Source: Carcharhinus amblyrhynchos (Eukaryota). Taken from it: DNA of 64,000 bases. Position 1 is the stretch's first letter, and each line of letters begins with the position of its first letter. The DNA lies in NCBI GenBank assembly GCA_965287045.1, contig OZ336878.1, positions 52,390,001-52,454,000 of the forward strand. Reading direction: 5' to 3'. Below the pieces are notes generated by a model. The model was given only the letters and a program-made list of their open reading frames with translations, ran no database searches and had not been told where the DNA came from. Shown here piece by piece: positions 37,813 to 50,200 of the stretch. The position numbers and the translations under genes are program-made.

Positions 37813-40800
37813 AAACTTAAAGCAAACCCAAAGTACATTAAAAAGTGTGGTGGACACCAAGCGAGAAAAGGGAATTTACATGAAAATATTGAAGACAGCA
37901 GTAAGATTTTTAATGGTGAGGAGAGGTAGGCAGTAAAAACAATGGTGGATAATATTCCAGAAAATAGGGCCCACAAAACAGGAGTTGGAAGTCATTAGTA
38001 TGCAAGTGAAAGTGATCTTGTGCTTGTTGAATAAGGCACCATAGGTTAAGAAAAAATAGTGGAATCCAGGGATGATGATTTAGGAACAATGGGAATGACT
38101 ACAAGGACATGGGAAGAGGAGTTATCGGAGAAAATTTTATGGCCCAGAGTTTGTATTTGATCTGCATTTGATCAGCTATAAAAATATTTCCCGTGAAGTT
38201 ACTAGAAGCACGAGCTAATAACAACACAGGTGAGCGCAACAGTTTATTTGCTGATCAATGAGACAAACAATGTATTGCATTAACCAAATGAGATTTAGGG
38301 ATCGAGAAATAAACAAAGGAAGAACTGAGGAGCCAGGCAGTTAAGAGTGGATGGAATTCAGCATCAACCTCAGGCACAGACAAAAAGAGGGACGTAGAAA
38401 GATTGAATTAAAAGGAGCAGAATAAAGGCAGAAAGGAAAAGTAAAATATATCAAATCAGACAATTTCTGAATCTCCAACAATTCACAACATGATGGTATG
38501 AGACTCCACAGTTTAATAGTTTATTTTCTGGGCAAAGAGGTTGGTTGACAGTTAAAAATTTAACACATTATTGTAAGTATTTATCACAATATTATAAGTA
38601 TCAATTAGTAGCTGCATCTTGAATTTTATTCAATGTACATGTGCGAAAACTTGAAAATCATTGGGAGTTAAAAGGAGAGCTGCTGCGTTTGTGAGGCTAA
38701 TGTTGGAGTGGTGTGCAAATCAGTTAGTGGCTTATGGCAGCTGACAGCTCAGACTCTCACTTCCTCACCACAGGTTACTGGATGACATACAGGTTGATAA
38801 CAACACTTCTATCTTTCCTTATATTTTGGACAATTGCTTTCAGAAAGGTAGGAATAAAACTAGAAGAGAACAATGACACAAAAACAGACCATAGAGAACA
38901 GGCAGTGAAGGAAAATGAGCAGAATTTAACTATATTAAAAAGGTCACAAGAAAGCTAAAGATAGACAATAGAAGTAATATACTGCAGAAGCTGAAAATCT
39001 GAAATAAAAATGGAAAATGCTGGAAAAACTCAGTAGATCTGTGCGGCGAGAAACAGGGTTGATGTTGAATTCACATGACTCTTCTCCAGAGAACTAATGT
39101 GTTGTAGCAGCAGCACAAGTTGTTAATCAATGACCAGTAGATGCTCGGTGCTGTGGTTAGCATGGAAGTGAGATTGAAGATAGTTGGCGTTGAATAGAAC
39201 AAAAATGATCCATTTGAGGACTACAAATTAATGGGATTTTGGAATTGTCCTAGCCCTTAGGGAAGATAAAATAAAGCTAAGCTTTCTAAGGAGGAGGTGA
39301 AGGAGAAAATAACGCATGATAAAAGAAAGAGGTAGGAGCGAAGTGGGCTTAAAGTGCCACGCGATCACTGAAGAGTGAGAGGGTCAAAGGAGCAGGCAGC
39401 AGTCTGATGAATGGCCTGACTGATTGTTGGAATAAGAGACTGATTGACACAGACTTGGGTTGAAGGCTCTGGTATTAAAACAGGCAGTTAATGGCAGGAA
39501 GGAGATACGGCCTATCCTCATTCTTACTACTGAATCTGCTTTCACCTGCCTTTTAGCCAATACATTCCAGATTACAACTCGCTGCATCAAATAATTTTTC
39601 CACTGCTTCCTGCAAGCTTTTGTACCAATCATCTTAATTACCATCTGGTTACTGAACCGCTGTCAATGGAAACTTTCTTCCTTTTCCACTCCTATCAAAA
39701 TCTTTCAATTTCGAACATCTCTATTAAATCTCCCAACTTGTGGATGTCATGTTTCCTACCTTAGTGGTTTTTCTTTTAAAAATGGCCTCAATTTTATTTG
39801 ACCGATTGTAATAAACATTTGCTATTACATGACAAAGACCACATCTGAAGCCTTCTTTTTAAAAAACTTAGCTCATTTGTTGGCCTTGTAGGTAAATATA
39901 CTGTTAGCGTGATGCTGAGTCATACAGACCAGCAAGACCCAAGCATCAAGCCCTGGTTTTGTACGCTTTGGCTGTCCTCCAGCATTGCTCTATCCTATGA
40001 ATATAATTCCAGACAATTGTTGATAGGTTACTTGTCTGTTGGCAGGTGGTGGAGAGAATCAGTACGATCCTATATTTATCCTGCGCTCACACACGTGGCT
40101 TTCCGGAACTAAAGTCACTGGAGAACAGTCAGGATGTGGAATGCTTTTCAGCACCTATCCCACTATCTTTCTAGTCTTGGAGAAGTGGGGCATTTCAAAT
40201 GAATTTTAGCCTCAACTCATTAGTAGTTCTCTCACCTCCAAGACAGAAACTGGAGAGTACAAACTCCACTCCATGACTTCAGTGCGTAATCTAGGCATGG
40301 TAGTGCTGAGGTAGTGCTGCAGTTTCCAAGGTGCCACTTTTTTGATGGTATATTAAAACTGAAGACCCAACATCCTCCTCAGATAAGCATGATAGATTCT
40401 CTGCCACCATTTGAAAATGACCAAAGGGAATTTTCCCAAATTATTCCTCACAAAGAATCATGAAAAGGAGACAGACTGGTCATTTAGCTCATTGTTGTTT
40501 GTGGGATCTTGCTGTGTGGAAATTGTTTGCCAATTTTGCCTCAGAAAAAAATTAAGAAATCTTTGGCTGTCAATTGTTTCAGTATATCTAGTTTCCAGCA
40601 GGCGCTATATAAATGCAAAGTTATTCTGTCAATACAGCTAGACTTTTCAAAAATTAACATTTTTTTCCCTCAAAATGCAACACAAAATTCAGAGGACAGA
40701 AGATAAATTGCTGCCACTTGAACAACTGATGACACCTGGAACAACTTTCATATCTAAGCTTCATTATGAGTTTTCTGCGAAGTTGATGCTTTGGGTACAT

Positions 40801-40884
40801 GGCTCATAGCTGAAAATCTCTCAACTAACAGTCTGACATTGTCAGTTTTGCTATTGCCGTAGTTATATTGACTGTAATGCCTAC

Positions 40885-40964
40885 CTTCTTCCTCTCTGGT
40901 CCTTTACAGTGATGAATGTAACAGAGGATCGCAGGGATATATACAGCAAGATCTGCAACAAACA
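40885..40964 (-). CDS. ALG6: ALG6 coding exon 5 (VFVADLAVYIPAILCYIHHCKGPERKK)
   Basis: Homologous to ADLLIYIPAV. TTTTTAG acceptor, GTAGGC donor, 80 bp. Confidence 0.94.
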
Positions 40965-43090
40965 CTAAAAATTGGCAAAATGTCAGAGAATTGTAAACAG
41001 AAGAATTGTTAGGAACAAGAAAAAGCCTCAAGGTCCAAAAGGGCAATTATTCTCAGAGATCAATTCTACCTGCCCGATGTTTCAATATATTTGTCAATTC
41101 CTTGATTAGACTCTCGAACCCATTTATATCAAGCCTGCTTCAGGAGATTCCCTTAGTTACTTGTTCCACATTTCTTAGGTACCATTCCACAGATGCCAGT
41201 TGTATTAAGGCACCTCACTCAATGGCCACTCATTATGAAAGTCTGGACAACTGGTTAACTGTCAAACAAACATCTAAACTTCTCACTATGGAGGGGTAAG
41301 TGTATGGAGGTTTGGATAAATAACAAAATCCAAGATCAATGAAAAGGAAACAACAGCCTGAACTGATTATTCCTCCCTCTCCCAAGATCTCTAACTCCAA
41401 CCACAGATAATACCATCTTGACTGAGATCAGCTATCTGCACAAACCATTGAAACAACTAAGGGCACTTTGGTTTGGATGGAACATTGGAACAGGAATAAG
41501 CCATTCAGTTCCTTGAGCTTGTTCTATTTTCTATTCGACCATGGTCAATTCCTACCTCAAAAACGGTTTTCTGCCATTACTGCATATCCCTGACTTATTT
41601 CATTTCAATTGTCTCAGCAGTCTCATTTATTTGGAGAAAGTTCCAGATTTCCATGAACCATTGTGTGGGAAAACTGCTTCAGGATTTCTCCTCTAAATGA
41701 GTCAGTTACAGGCCACCTTTCCCACATGAGCCACCCAAAGTGCTCAGTCCATTTCCCTGCCTGCCATTAAAGTTCCATCCTACTCATCTTGAGTATGGAA
41801 TCCAAGCCTCCTGCTATTGAACCTCTGTACTTGGCATATCAAAACGTTACGGTGACACATTAGGATGGAGTACTAATGTGCAAGATGGTAATGAGGAGAT
41901 CTGAGAAATGTCAATCTTGGTAAGGATATTGCCCATTCACTCCTCAGTGGTGGGCATTGCACTTCTCCTGTTGTTTTAATCCAGGCCAAGTTAAAGGAAT
42001 GTAGGTCATTATTAGCAGTGAAAGTCCGTTCTGAAATGACTCAAAAGTCTGAATCCTACTAACAAAAGTTGCCCAGAGTTCAAAGCTAATTGAAACTAAG
42101 AGGTCACACAGACAAAAAAATTAAAAATGAGTTTCCTATTGGTGTGATAAGATATATTCTTTCAAGAGTTCCCAACACATTCTGCAAGTTTTGGCATCCT
42201 CCTCACCCACCCCATCCCCATCCCTTTCCTTCCTGTGAGGCCTCTGCCACGGACACACTCTGCCGCACTACAGGCCACCCCACTCCATCGATCCCCCTCC
42301 ACAGGTTCACACTATTGCATTAAGTTCTGGGTCACCACAGATGTGATCCATCCAATAATACCATGGGTCAAGGATTCAGCCTGTTGCTTCAAAGCAAGAT
42401 TTCAAACGCTGCACCATGTGCCAGTTGGTCCTAACACAGTGATTCAACAAGGGTTCACTGTCTCCCATGACAGTGGATTGCAGAAATCTGGAGACTCTCT
42501 CATGTCATTGGTTGGTTACTTTTAAGTTAACAAGTAGCACTATATTGTATAATACAACTGAAAAAAGTAATCACTTCTCTCACGGTTATGATTAGACATT
42601 TAAGATTTAGTTCATTTGGATCTGGAGGCTTTTGCCTCCAGATAAAGTAGGTAAAGTAGATTAATACTCATATTCAGTCCAATAACCTCAAATGACCTCC
42701 AGAATCCTCAAGGACGCCAACTGAACAGATCATAATAGATGTTTATATCACTGGATAGACCACTGCTGCAGCAAAGTTTTGCAATTTCAGTCTATGCCTT
42801 TGATTGAGATAAAATTTAAATTTTTCATCAGTTTTCGAAGAAGGCAGTTGAGGCTGTATGCTATTTGCCATCAGTTTAAAGGATGCATCACATATCTATA
42901 AAACAATTAAATTGATCTACACTCCTTGCATATGTGAGATGTTTGTTTTCCACAAAGTTTTTTTTAAATTATTCTTAATAAAATATAAAAAGTTTTTTTG
43001 CTCTTTCACTTTGCCTTAATCTATGCCCAAGTGCACTGCAATATTTGTTTCTCTAACACCATTCACTCTACTTGGATGATCTACTTCAAG

Positions 43091-43420
43091 GGGGCAGCAC
43101 GGTGGCACACTGGTAGCATTGCTGCCTCACAGCGCCAGAGACTCAGGTTCAATTCCCAGCTTGGGTCACTAACTATGTGGAGTTTGCACATTCTCCACAT
43201 GTCTGCATGGGTTTCCCTGTGTGCTCTAGTTTCTTCCCACAGCGCAAAGATGTGCTGCTTAGGTGGACTGATCATGCTAAATTGCCCCTTAGTGTGAGGG
43301 GGGCTAGCTAGGGTAAATGCATGGGGTCATGGGGATAGGCCCTGGGTGGGATTGTGGCTGGTGCACTCTCAATGGGCTGAATGGCCTCTGCACTGTGGAA
43401 TTCTATGATTCTATGATTAA
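43091..43420 (+). mobile_element. HE1-type V-SINE with a CR1-like tail
   Basis: tRNA-like head with A and B boxes (GGTGGCAC...GGTTCAATTCC), V-domain TGTGGAGTTTGCACATTCTCC, and tail GGGCTGAATGGCCT...(ATTCTATG)2. Confidence 0.9.
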
Positions 43421-44154
43421 ACCAACTGAGTTGCCCAAATGATTTTATCCACTCCCAGTTTGCACAGTACCATTAAATTCTTGAAAACTGTGCCATGGCA
43501 AACGTCTTGTGCATGTCATTTCAGGATTGTTTGCCCAAGGTGCCCACTTCAATTATAAGTCATGCTGTTTAAATCACTAGCAATGAACAGAATATTTTGT
43601 CTTGCCACCTCAGTTTCCTAAAATGGGGAAGGACAAAAGATTTAAGTACCAGAAATAACAGAAAATCCAATGTATTTTAGATGATGGAAAGGCTTTCAGG
43701 GGTCAAAAATTGAACCATTTGCCAAAACATCCACTCTCTTCACCGCTCTTGCAGCTTTGGTATTGACATGGCTGGTCTAGTTAAGTATCTGCTGAATGAC
43801 CAAAGCTGAAAGAGGAAGGCTCAACAATGGTGATGCCATCGAAGATCAGGGAGAGTTTGCGGATCTAATTTTGTTCAAGGTGATCTGTACCAGGCAATTC
43901 TCCAGCCCTAGTTAGGATTTTATTATTTCATGATCAACGTGCTTGGGAATGGAGCTGAACATGAGCCTTCTGTAAAACACCCCTGTTATTGTAATGGAGG
44001 AAGGTCACTGATGAAACAACTGGATATGGTTGGACTGAGGAACCCTGGAGCTGGTTTCGACCAGCTGCTGACAACCATAATCATCAACCTGCAGTTCGTT
44101 TTCCTTTCAGATTTCTTTTTAAACTTTGCAGTTGTTTCTAAAATTCTTAATTAC

Positions 44155-44243
44155 CTGTTGCTCGCATGAATAGCTTGTGCCCAAGGCTTTCAAAGCCACG
44201 AGATGTATGAAGAGCAATCCACTCAGGATTTATCGATTTAGCT
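44155..44243 (-). CDS. ALG6: ALG6 coding exon 4 ([29 protein letters not shown])
   Basis: Homologous to human [15 protein letters not shown]...KLFMR. AG acceptor, GTAATT donor, 89 bp. Confidence 0.96.
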
Positions 44244-44899
44244 CTGTGTTAAAAAAAAGGTTTACCTCTAGAATAAAAATGCATTCACTTTATGTAAAAT
44301 GTACACATAATCAATAAAAGATACCCAATGACAGATAGCACAATTTCTTTTTCTCCACCTAATTCCCTGTCCTCCCCAAAGGAAATTACTGCCTTTGACA
44401 CCTCACCCAAGTATGTATTCCACATAGGGAAGCCTGAACTCTGAATGTCAACAGGCTGCTTGACAATGTAGAGCGCAACTTGAGCTTCATCCTGTCCTCA
44501 TCAATCAGAGCAGCTCACACAACTACTTTCTTTCCAAGTCTCAAACTGCAACATTGTGGCAGCTGGCGTAAGTGGGCTGAACAACCTGTCAAGCCCATGG
44601 ACAAATGCCCCATTGCAACATCTAACTTACATTCACAATCTGTAATTTATGTTGGAGTGTAATTCCAATACCACCAATGGCTATTCTTCAAACCGAAACA
44701 GTAAGTATGAGCAAAAACAGCATCAAAGCCAAGAGCGATCCTGATCCCACCCAACATCCACTTTCCTGCTGTAAGGGGAGGAAGAAGGTGGGCACTGATC
44801 AGGAGCTGCAATCTTAACTAATTACATTTCATATCAGAGATTTCTGAACACTAATTCTAAAGCAGAGTTGTCTTATCTACAATGGCAGTTTAAACTTAC

Positions 44900-44989
44900 A
44901 CATATGCACAAACCAGACTGTGATAAGCAGTGAGCGGTGGATAATCAAGACCCCAGTACTTCAGATTATTGCTGCTTGTATTGAAGTAC
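44900..44989 (-). CDS. ALG6: ALG6 coding exon 3 ([30 protein letters not shown])
   Basis: Contains the [13 protein letters not shown] motif. AG acceptor, GTAAGT donor, 90 bp. Confidence 0.97.
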
Positions 44990-45109
44990 CTGAAATAAAA
45001 TAAATCAACTGTATGTTAACCATTAAGAGAATGCATTCAGAAATAGTTAAATTACTACATTTATATATTACATGTTTTGACAACATACTCTCTATTGCTC
45101 TATATGTAG

Positions 45110-45480
45110 CTAATTGTACCACCCAATGCAGAATCAACATCGTCCCAAATCCAATCCCAAGATCTCTGCCGGGTTAGCCAATCTCAAGATTACAGTAATA
45201 AGATGCTACAATTAGCCTCAGTGCCATGAACTAGCAAAGAGGGATGAAAGTCAGGGATCACACTCATGAACGATACCCAATGACTTCTACTGAAAAGTGT
45301 AAATGTCAGGTGGGAGCAGGACAGTACTCGACCATGATGCCCAATCCTCTCAAGGATTTAAATGCTCCCTAGCGTTTCCTGTTGAGGTTTACGTCCAAAA
45401 AACGAATGCCTAATTAAAAGACTGGAGGTTTGCCAGGACCAACATTATTGCAGTTGACCGCAAGAAAGGGTAGGAGTGGA
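45110..45480 (+). mobile_element. Ancient, highly diverged shark SINE of a family I cannot name; other copies at about 11200-11630(-), 12350-12760(+), 17720-18110(-), 18440-18700(+), 26315-26580(+), 27780-28200(+), 35430-35710(-), 39880-40190(+) and 44350-44780(-)
   Basis: Shared degenerate blocks GCTACAATT.GCCTCAG, CAGTGAC...CTG.AAAGTG and a purine/A-rich tail. Confidence 0.55.
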
Positions 45481-45594
45481 GATGTTGGAGGAAGGAAGAA
45501 ATTGAATCGCAAATAATCTAAACAAAATTCCATTGTGAGAAGTCTCCAAGAACCTCCATAAACATTGCATTAACTGAATAATGAGATTACAAAC

Positions 45595-45679
45595 CATTGA
45601 TGGATGGGTAGATTGATGGTAATCTCCTGCCAGTGTCGCTGAGCCTCATAATCCCCAAACATAGGAGGTTTCCCAGCAC
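45595..45679 (-). CDS. ALG6: ALG6 coding exon 2 ([29 protein letters not shown])
   Basis: Contains the GDYEAQRHW motif. TGCAG acceptor, GTTTGT donor, 85 bp, phase consistent. Confidence 0.97.
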
Positions 45680-46954
45680 CTGCAAATACAGTTAAAAACT
45701 GTAAAGCAGATAACATTAAAGGGTGTACTTTCACAAAAAGGTTGGCAAGTTCATCCTTCTAAGATCAATGTTTCATGTGGAAAGTGACTGACATGGAACA
45801 AGGAGGCCCAGAACACATCAGTCCTCTGAGGGAAATTCACCAATTTCAGTTACTGCAGCAATGCAGCAACTAGTCAGAGTATCAATGCACCAGGACATTG
45901 GAAAGCAGGCTCCTGGCTTCTAGACTCTTGGTTAATGTCTAGTGACCTTGCTGAAAAGGTCTGAGTTTATCTGTAAAACACATTCTCATCTCTTGACAAG
46001 TTTATTCTACCAAGTCAACAACAATATGCTCTTGAATTTCAAGAGTTTTGCAATGAGGGACCAAAACCCAACTAGAATTTTGGAAGGGTGATTTGGAGTT
46101 GACTAAGGATATGGTCTAGGTTCACACATTGAGAATAGTCATGAAAGGAAGAACGTGATGAACTGCTGCCATTTGTGGAACCACATTCCAAAATTGTGTG
46201 AAAAAGTGGAAAATCAGAAATGTGGAATAAAGTGACAAAAAATAAAATGTTGTAGATGCTGGCAATCACAAAACATAAATTGAAAAGTTTGAAAATACTC
46301 AGCAGTTAGGCAGCATCATCAGCAAAACAGCAATAACTATTTCAACTCTTCCTCAGAGCTGCTCACAGTTACAGATGGTCAGCGTTTTAAAAAACGCAAA
46401 GGAAATAAAATAGAAGTAACTTCCAGTAGAGAACAGGTGATGATAAAGGTGCAGTTATGACATTTATAGGAGTCAAACGGTGGCTTAAGGATGGAAATCA
46501 AAGATAATGTGAATAACTAAAAGGAAGCATAAAAATGATCGAGGTGGGACAGCTTCCAGTGGTTCAAGAATCTGTTAGAAAAAGAAAGGGCAACCACTAT
46601 TTCCCAGTTTGAAGAATATGTTTAGCAAAACAAGGTGCATTATTTTTTGCAAGTTGATAAGCCCCTGAAAAGCAATTTCTGTAGAATTTCTCATTCTACA
46701 TCACAATACTGTAGGCTTGCAAAGAAAACCTTTGTTCCAAGAAGCCTATCCACCCCTTTAACAAGTCTACAAACTAAAAACGGCTCGATATTGCCACTCG
46801 CAAGGGTCTTATCGAATGCAAAAGCTGTTAGCAATCATTGCGGTTTACAGACAACAGTTGACACATTCAACTTGGACTCAGGGATGTCTGTGTTTCCATT
46901 GTGGTGTAGAGCTGAATAATAAGAGGCGGGATGATCTGCAGCTCACTGACTGAC

Positions 46955-47036
46955 CTGAGTATGAATTCAGAGATACTGTCCAGCGCACCGTGAGGCTGAC
47001 TGCGAGTATTATGGCGATGGTACTCCATCGCTCCAT
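46955..47036 (-). CDS. ALG6: ALG6 alpha-1,3-glucosyltransferase, coding exon 1 (MERWSTIAIILAVSLTVRWTVSLNSYS/G)
   Basis: Matches the ALG6 N-terminus (human MEKW...LTVRWTVSLNSYSG). 82 bp, followed by a GTCAGT donor. Confidence 0.96.
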
Positions 47037-47230
47037 CCCGCACTGAACTCCGGTTCCCGCTCCCCAGGACTGCCCGCTGCTCCTTCTCAGGCTCTCTGTC
47101 TGGCCCGGCACTTCCTGGATCCCCCGCGCCTGCGCGCTCCATGTCCCACGCCATTGGGCCGGCGCAGCCTGATGACGTAAGAGCTCCTTGGCCAACTCAA
47201 GAGTTGGTGCCATTGTCAATGGAGAGTTTG
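47037..47230 (-). promoter_or_regulatory. CpG-rich ALG6 promoter and 5' UTR
   Basis: Local CpG cluster with NRF1-like GCGCCTGCGC (47126-47135), CCAAT (47153-47157, minus), CRE-like TGACGTAA (47173-47180) and an ETS-like ACTTCC. No splice acceptor is visible upstream of the ATG. Confidence 0.7.
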
Positions 47231-50200
47231 CTGTGTGAAGTTTTCTGCATTTAAGTTTCGGGGAGACACTGATCAGACGAATCACTTTAAAAACTACACG
47301 ATAACATCACTTTAACTCCCTGCAACATATATATTTCATAAAACCCTATTTATTTAAAATAGCAGTAAACCCATTTCAGAAGAAGTTGGGTCAGCTGCCA
47401 TTACAATAACCTATCGTAGTTTACGAATATATTTGTTCTAATTTGTTTTCAAATTGTTTGCTTTAATTAAGGGACAGAATTCCTGGCTGCATTCATATGG
47501 GTAGATAAAAAGTTATTTATATTGACATTTCAATTCCAATTTGGGTAGTATCCGAATTATATGTTGTTCTTGGCGTGTACAAACATGCTAAAGGAGACAA
47601 AGTACTGAAAAGGAACAGAAAGACAGGGAAATGTTTGAAATGAAACTCCTTTAATGGAAAGTTTTGTGTTGGGGGGGTGGTGAGTAAATCCATCTAAAGT
47701 GCGAACTTACGTCAATTTCTCTCAGACATTGTAAGATAAGCCGCATTGTAGATCAGGAAAGATTTAGACCGGACAGGTCATGAAATGATCAGGATTCATT
47801 TGTTAATGCTCGTACAAGTTCATATCCTTATGCTGTCAAGCAAATGACAAAAATAGCTTGTGTTTTGATGAACCTGGACGAACAGCATCAATTTTCAAAC
47901 TTTCTGCTATGCTCCCTTCCTTGTAATGCTGCCAAAATTAATATTATTTCAGCCTCATTTGTCATCATACGTTATAATGGAACCAGTTGAGGCAATTAGT
48001 TTTATTTAATTAGATATCTCATACATAACCTCCAATATATTTAAGTTGAACTGAATATTGACAAGGTTTGAGAATCGCATTTAATTGGATTCCTTTGCTG
48101 TAATACAAAAGTAAAACGATTTAATTGGATTCGTTTTTGCTCATTCTGATGAGGTTGAGGCGGCTTATTACTTTTCGCTTTTTGCGTTTATGATCATTCC
48201 TCGTGTAAAGAATTGGTCAGAAGCACAAAAGCAGCAACGCATTGGGTTGCGTGAATTATTAAAACAATTGAAATAATAATTTAAATCAAAAGTTCAACGT
48301 CTGTGTATGAACAATGATTCCTTGCTGGTTTAATGCGTTTGACCAAAAGTCTTCAATCAGTAACGTCTACATTTTGATTGCTTTGATTTTAATTGAAAAA
48401 TAAATATTCTCTATTATTGTTACATATTTCCATGAATGTTAAATGAATTTTGGATAGTTCAAAGCATTCGGTATCTTGCATTGCGGTTTTCAGTATACGT
48501 ACATTATTTTTAAAAATTGATGCTTATATCTAATAACCATACTAAGCATGGAAAATGCAGTCTTCCTGGTACAAGTTTTATGGTATAGATGCAATACACT
48601 ACGAATATGTATTTTTTACAGATTTACCTACATCGTCGAAAGAAACCCCACACGAAGACGCAAGTTAATAACACTGCTGTTCGAGGTTAGGCAGAGTTTA
48701 GCCAACCCACCTTCGGTTAGATTAACCCCAGATTTCTGTACTGTAAAGGTTGTAGTTCCATTCTGATCGCTGCCTAATGTTTGTAGAATTATAATGCATG
48801 TTAAGATTTTTTAAAACTCCGCCGCCATACTTCGTGGCTGTATATCCAAACAAAGGGCAAGTCAACTGATTTCAGTCAAGGTGTATCCATGTTCCTGGTG
48901 ATTCTGGTGGTGTTCCTGGCTGCTCGGACTTTATTTTGTAAATAAAATATTCAAACTACAGAGAATGTGAACAAAACGAAGAACTGGCACAACTTTATAT
49001 TGCTCATTAAAATCTTGCGGTTTAATTTAAATCGTGTTGCTTGACAGTGTAATTTGGCAAAGAGCTAATAGGCGAACGATGGATAAGATTAGCAGCACAA
49101 GAGTCCTAAATAAAAATAAAATCGATGTTTTTATCTGGAAGTAGATTTTGGTTGAAGTTTCTTGTGCTGATTTTATTTCACAATGATGGCGCATTCACTT
49201 TTTAAATTGAATTAATTTCAACAATGTTGTAACTGAATATAAGTCGAAATTGCCAATGAATTTTGCTTTCATGACTTAATGCGTTTATTTACTAGGAATC
49301 GTGTCTGCTGTGTTTGATACTTCTTTTTACCTAAGTTTGGGTTCATTGTCGTTTCACCTTTCACCTGTACATACATACGTTTTGTTTCAATGATTTCTTA
49401 CACTGAAAGCGAGTGATACAGATAATCGGTGAACGATAGTTTCATTCACGTATTAATTGCAGAAATAACTGAGATCCCGAGGAGCGAGAGTAGAGGCATC
49501 ACTTTCCCCACCACTCAATCTGAAAATGAAAATAACTGCGCAAAGCCCAATGAAGTAAATAGTAACATTTTACAAAGAGGAACAGCTCCACAATAAACTT
49601 GAATACATAATTCTAATACTGACACACACATGGCGAGAGGGGTTCCCTTCAAATTTGGAAGCAAACTTCTCTGGTTCAATTTGTTTTATTTGCTGTTGTG
49701 TTTAAAGTAACTATCGGGCAGTTGCTAACATTTCAGACATTTTAAGCACATTCCGTAAGTGACATCTAGTGTTGTATTTCGGTATCGCAGACGCCCGTCC
49801 AAATCCAAGCCCGAGCGTCCAAATGGAACGAGATTTGGTTAAGTTGCAATAATTATTTCAGTGCTGTTTACATCATTTTCGGCGCATTACTGAGATCCAA
49901 CGCTCAATGAAATAAGAACGGAAATACTGGTTACACACGTTAGCCTCATTGACGCTTAATCCGTTCCAATCCTCACAAATTGCAGTTTACCTTCTGGGTT
50001 TCAGTAAAATAGAAGTTTGTTCCAGACTTGGGTTCCTATAATTTCTTAAAAAAAACAATGCAAGCAGTTTTGAATTTGTAAAAAAGCGTTCTTTTTATTT
50101 CTGCCGTTCACTTATGTCGACTTCTCTGTGACACTCGTATCCGCGCAAGTTTCGTTTAACAAAAATCATAAATCACTTGAACCTCACGGTTGACCGCAGG

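Noticed and set aside
47146-47157. CCACG and ATTGG near the ALG6 promoter as an ER-stress element
   Set aside because: Order and spacing match neither ERSE (CCAAT-N9-CCACG) nor ERSE-II (ATTGG-N-CCACG).
46878-47285. 135-aa ORF as an N-terminally extended ALG6
   Set aside because: It runs through promoter and intron sequence. Only 46955-47036 is homologous to ALG6.
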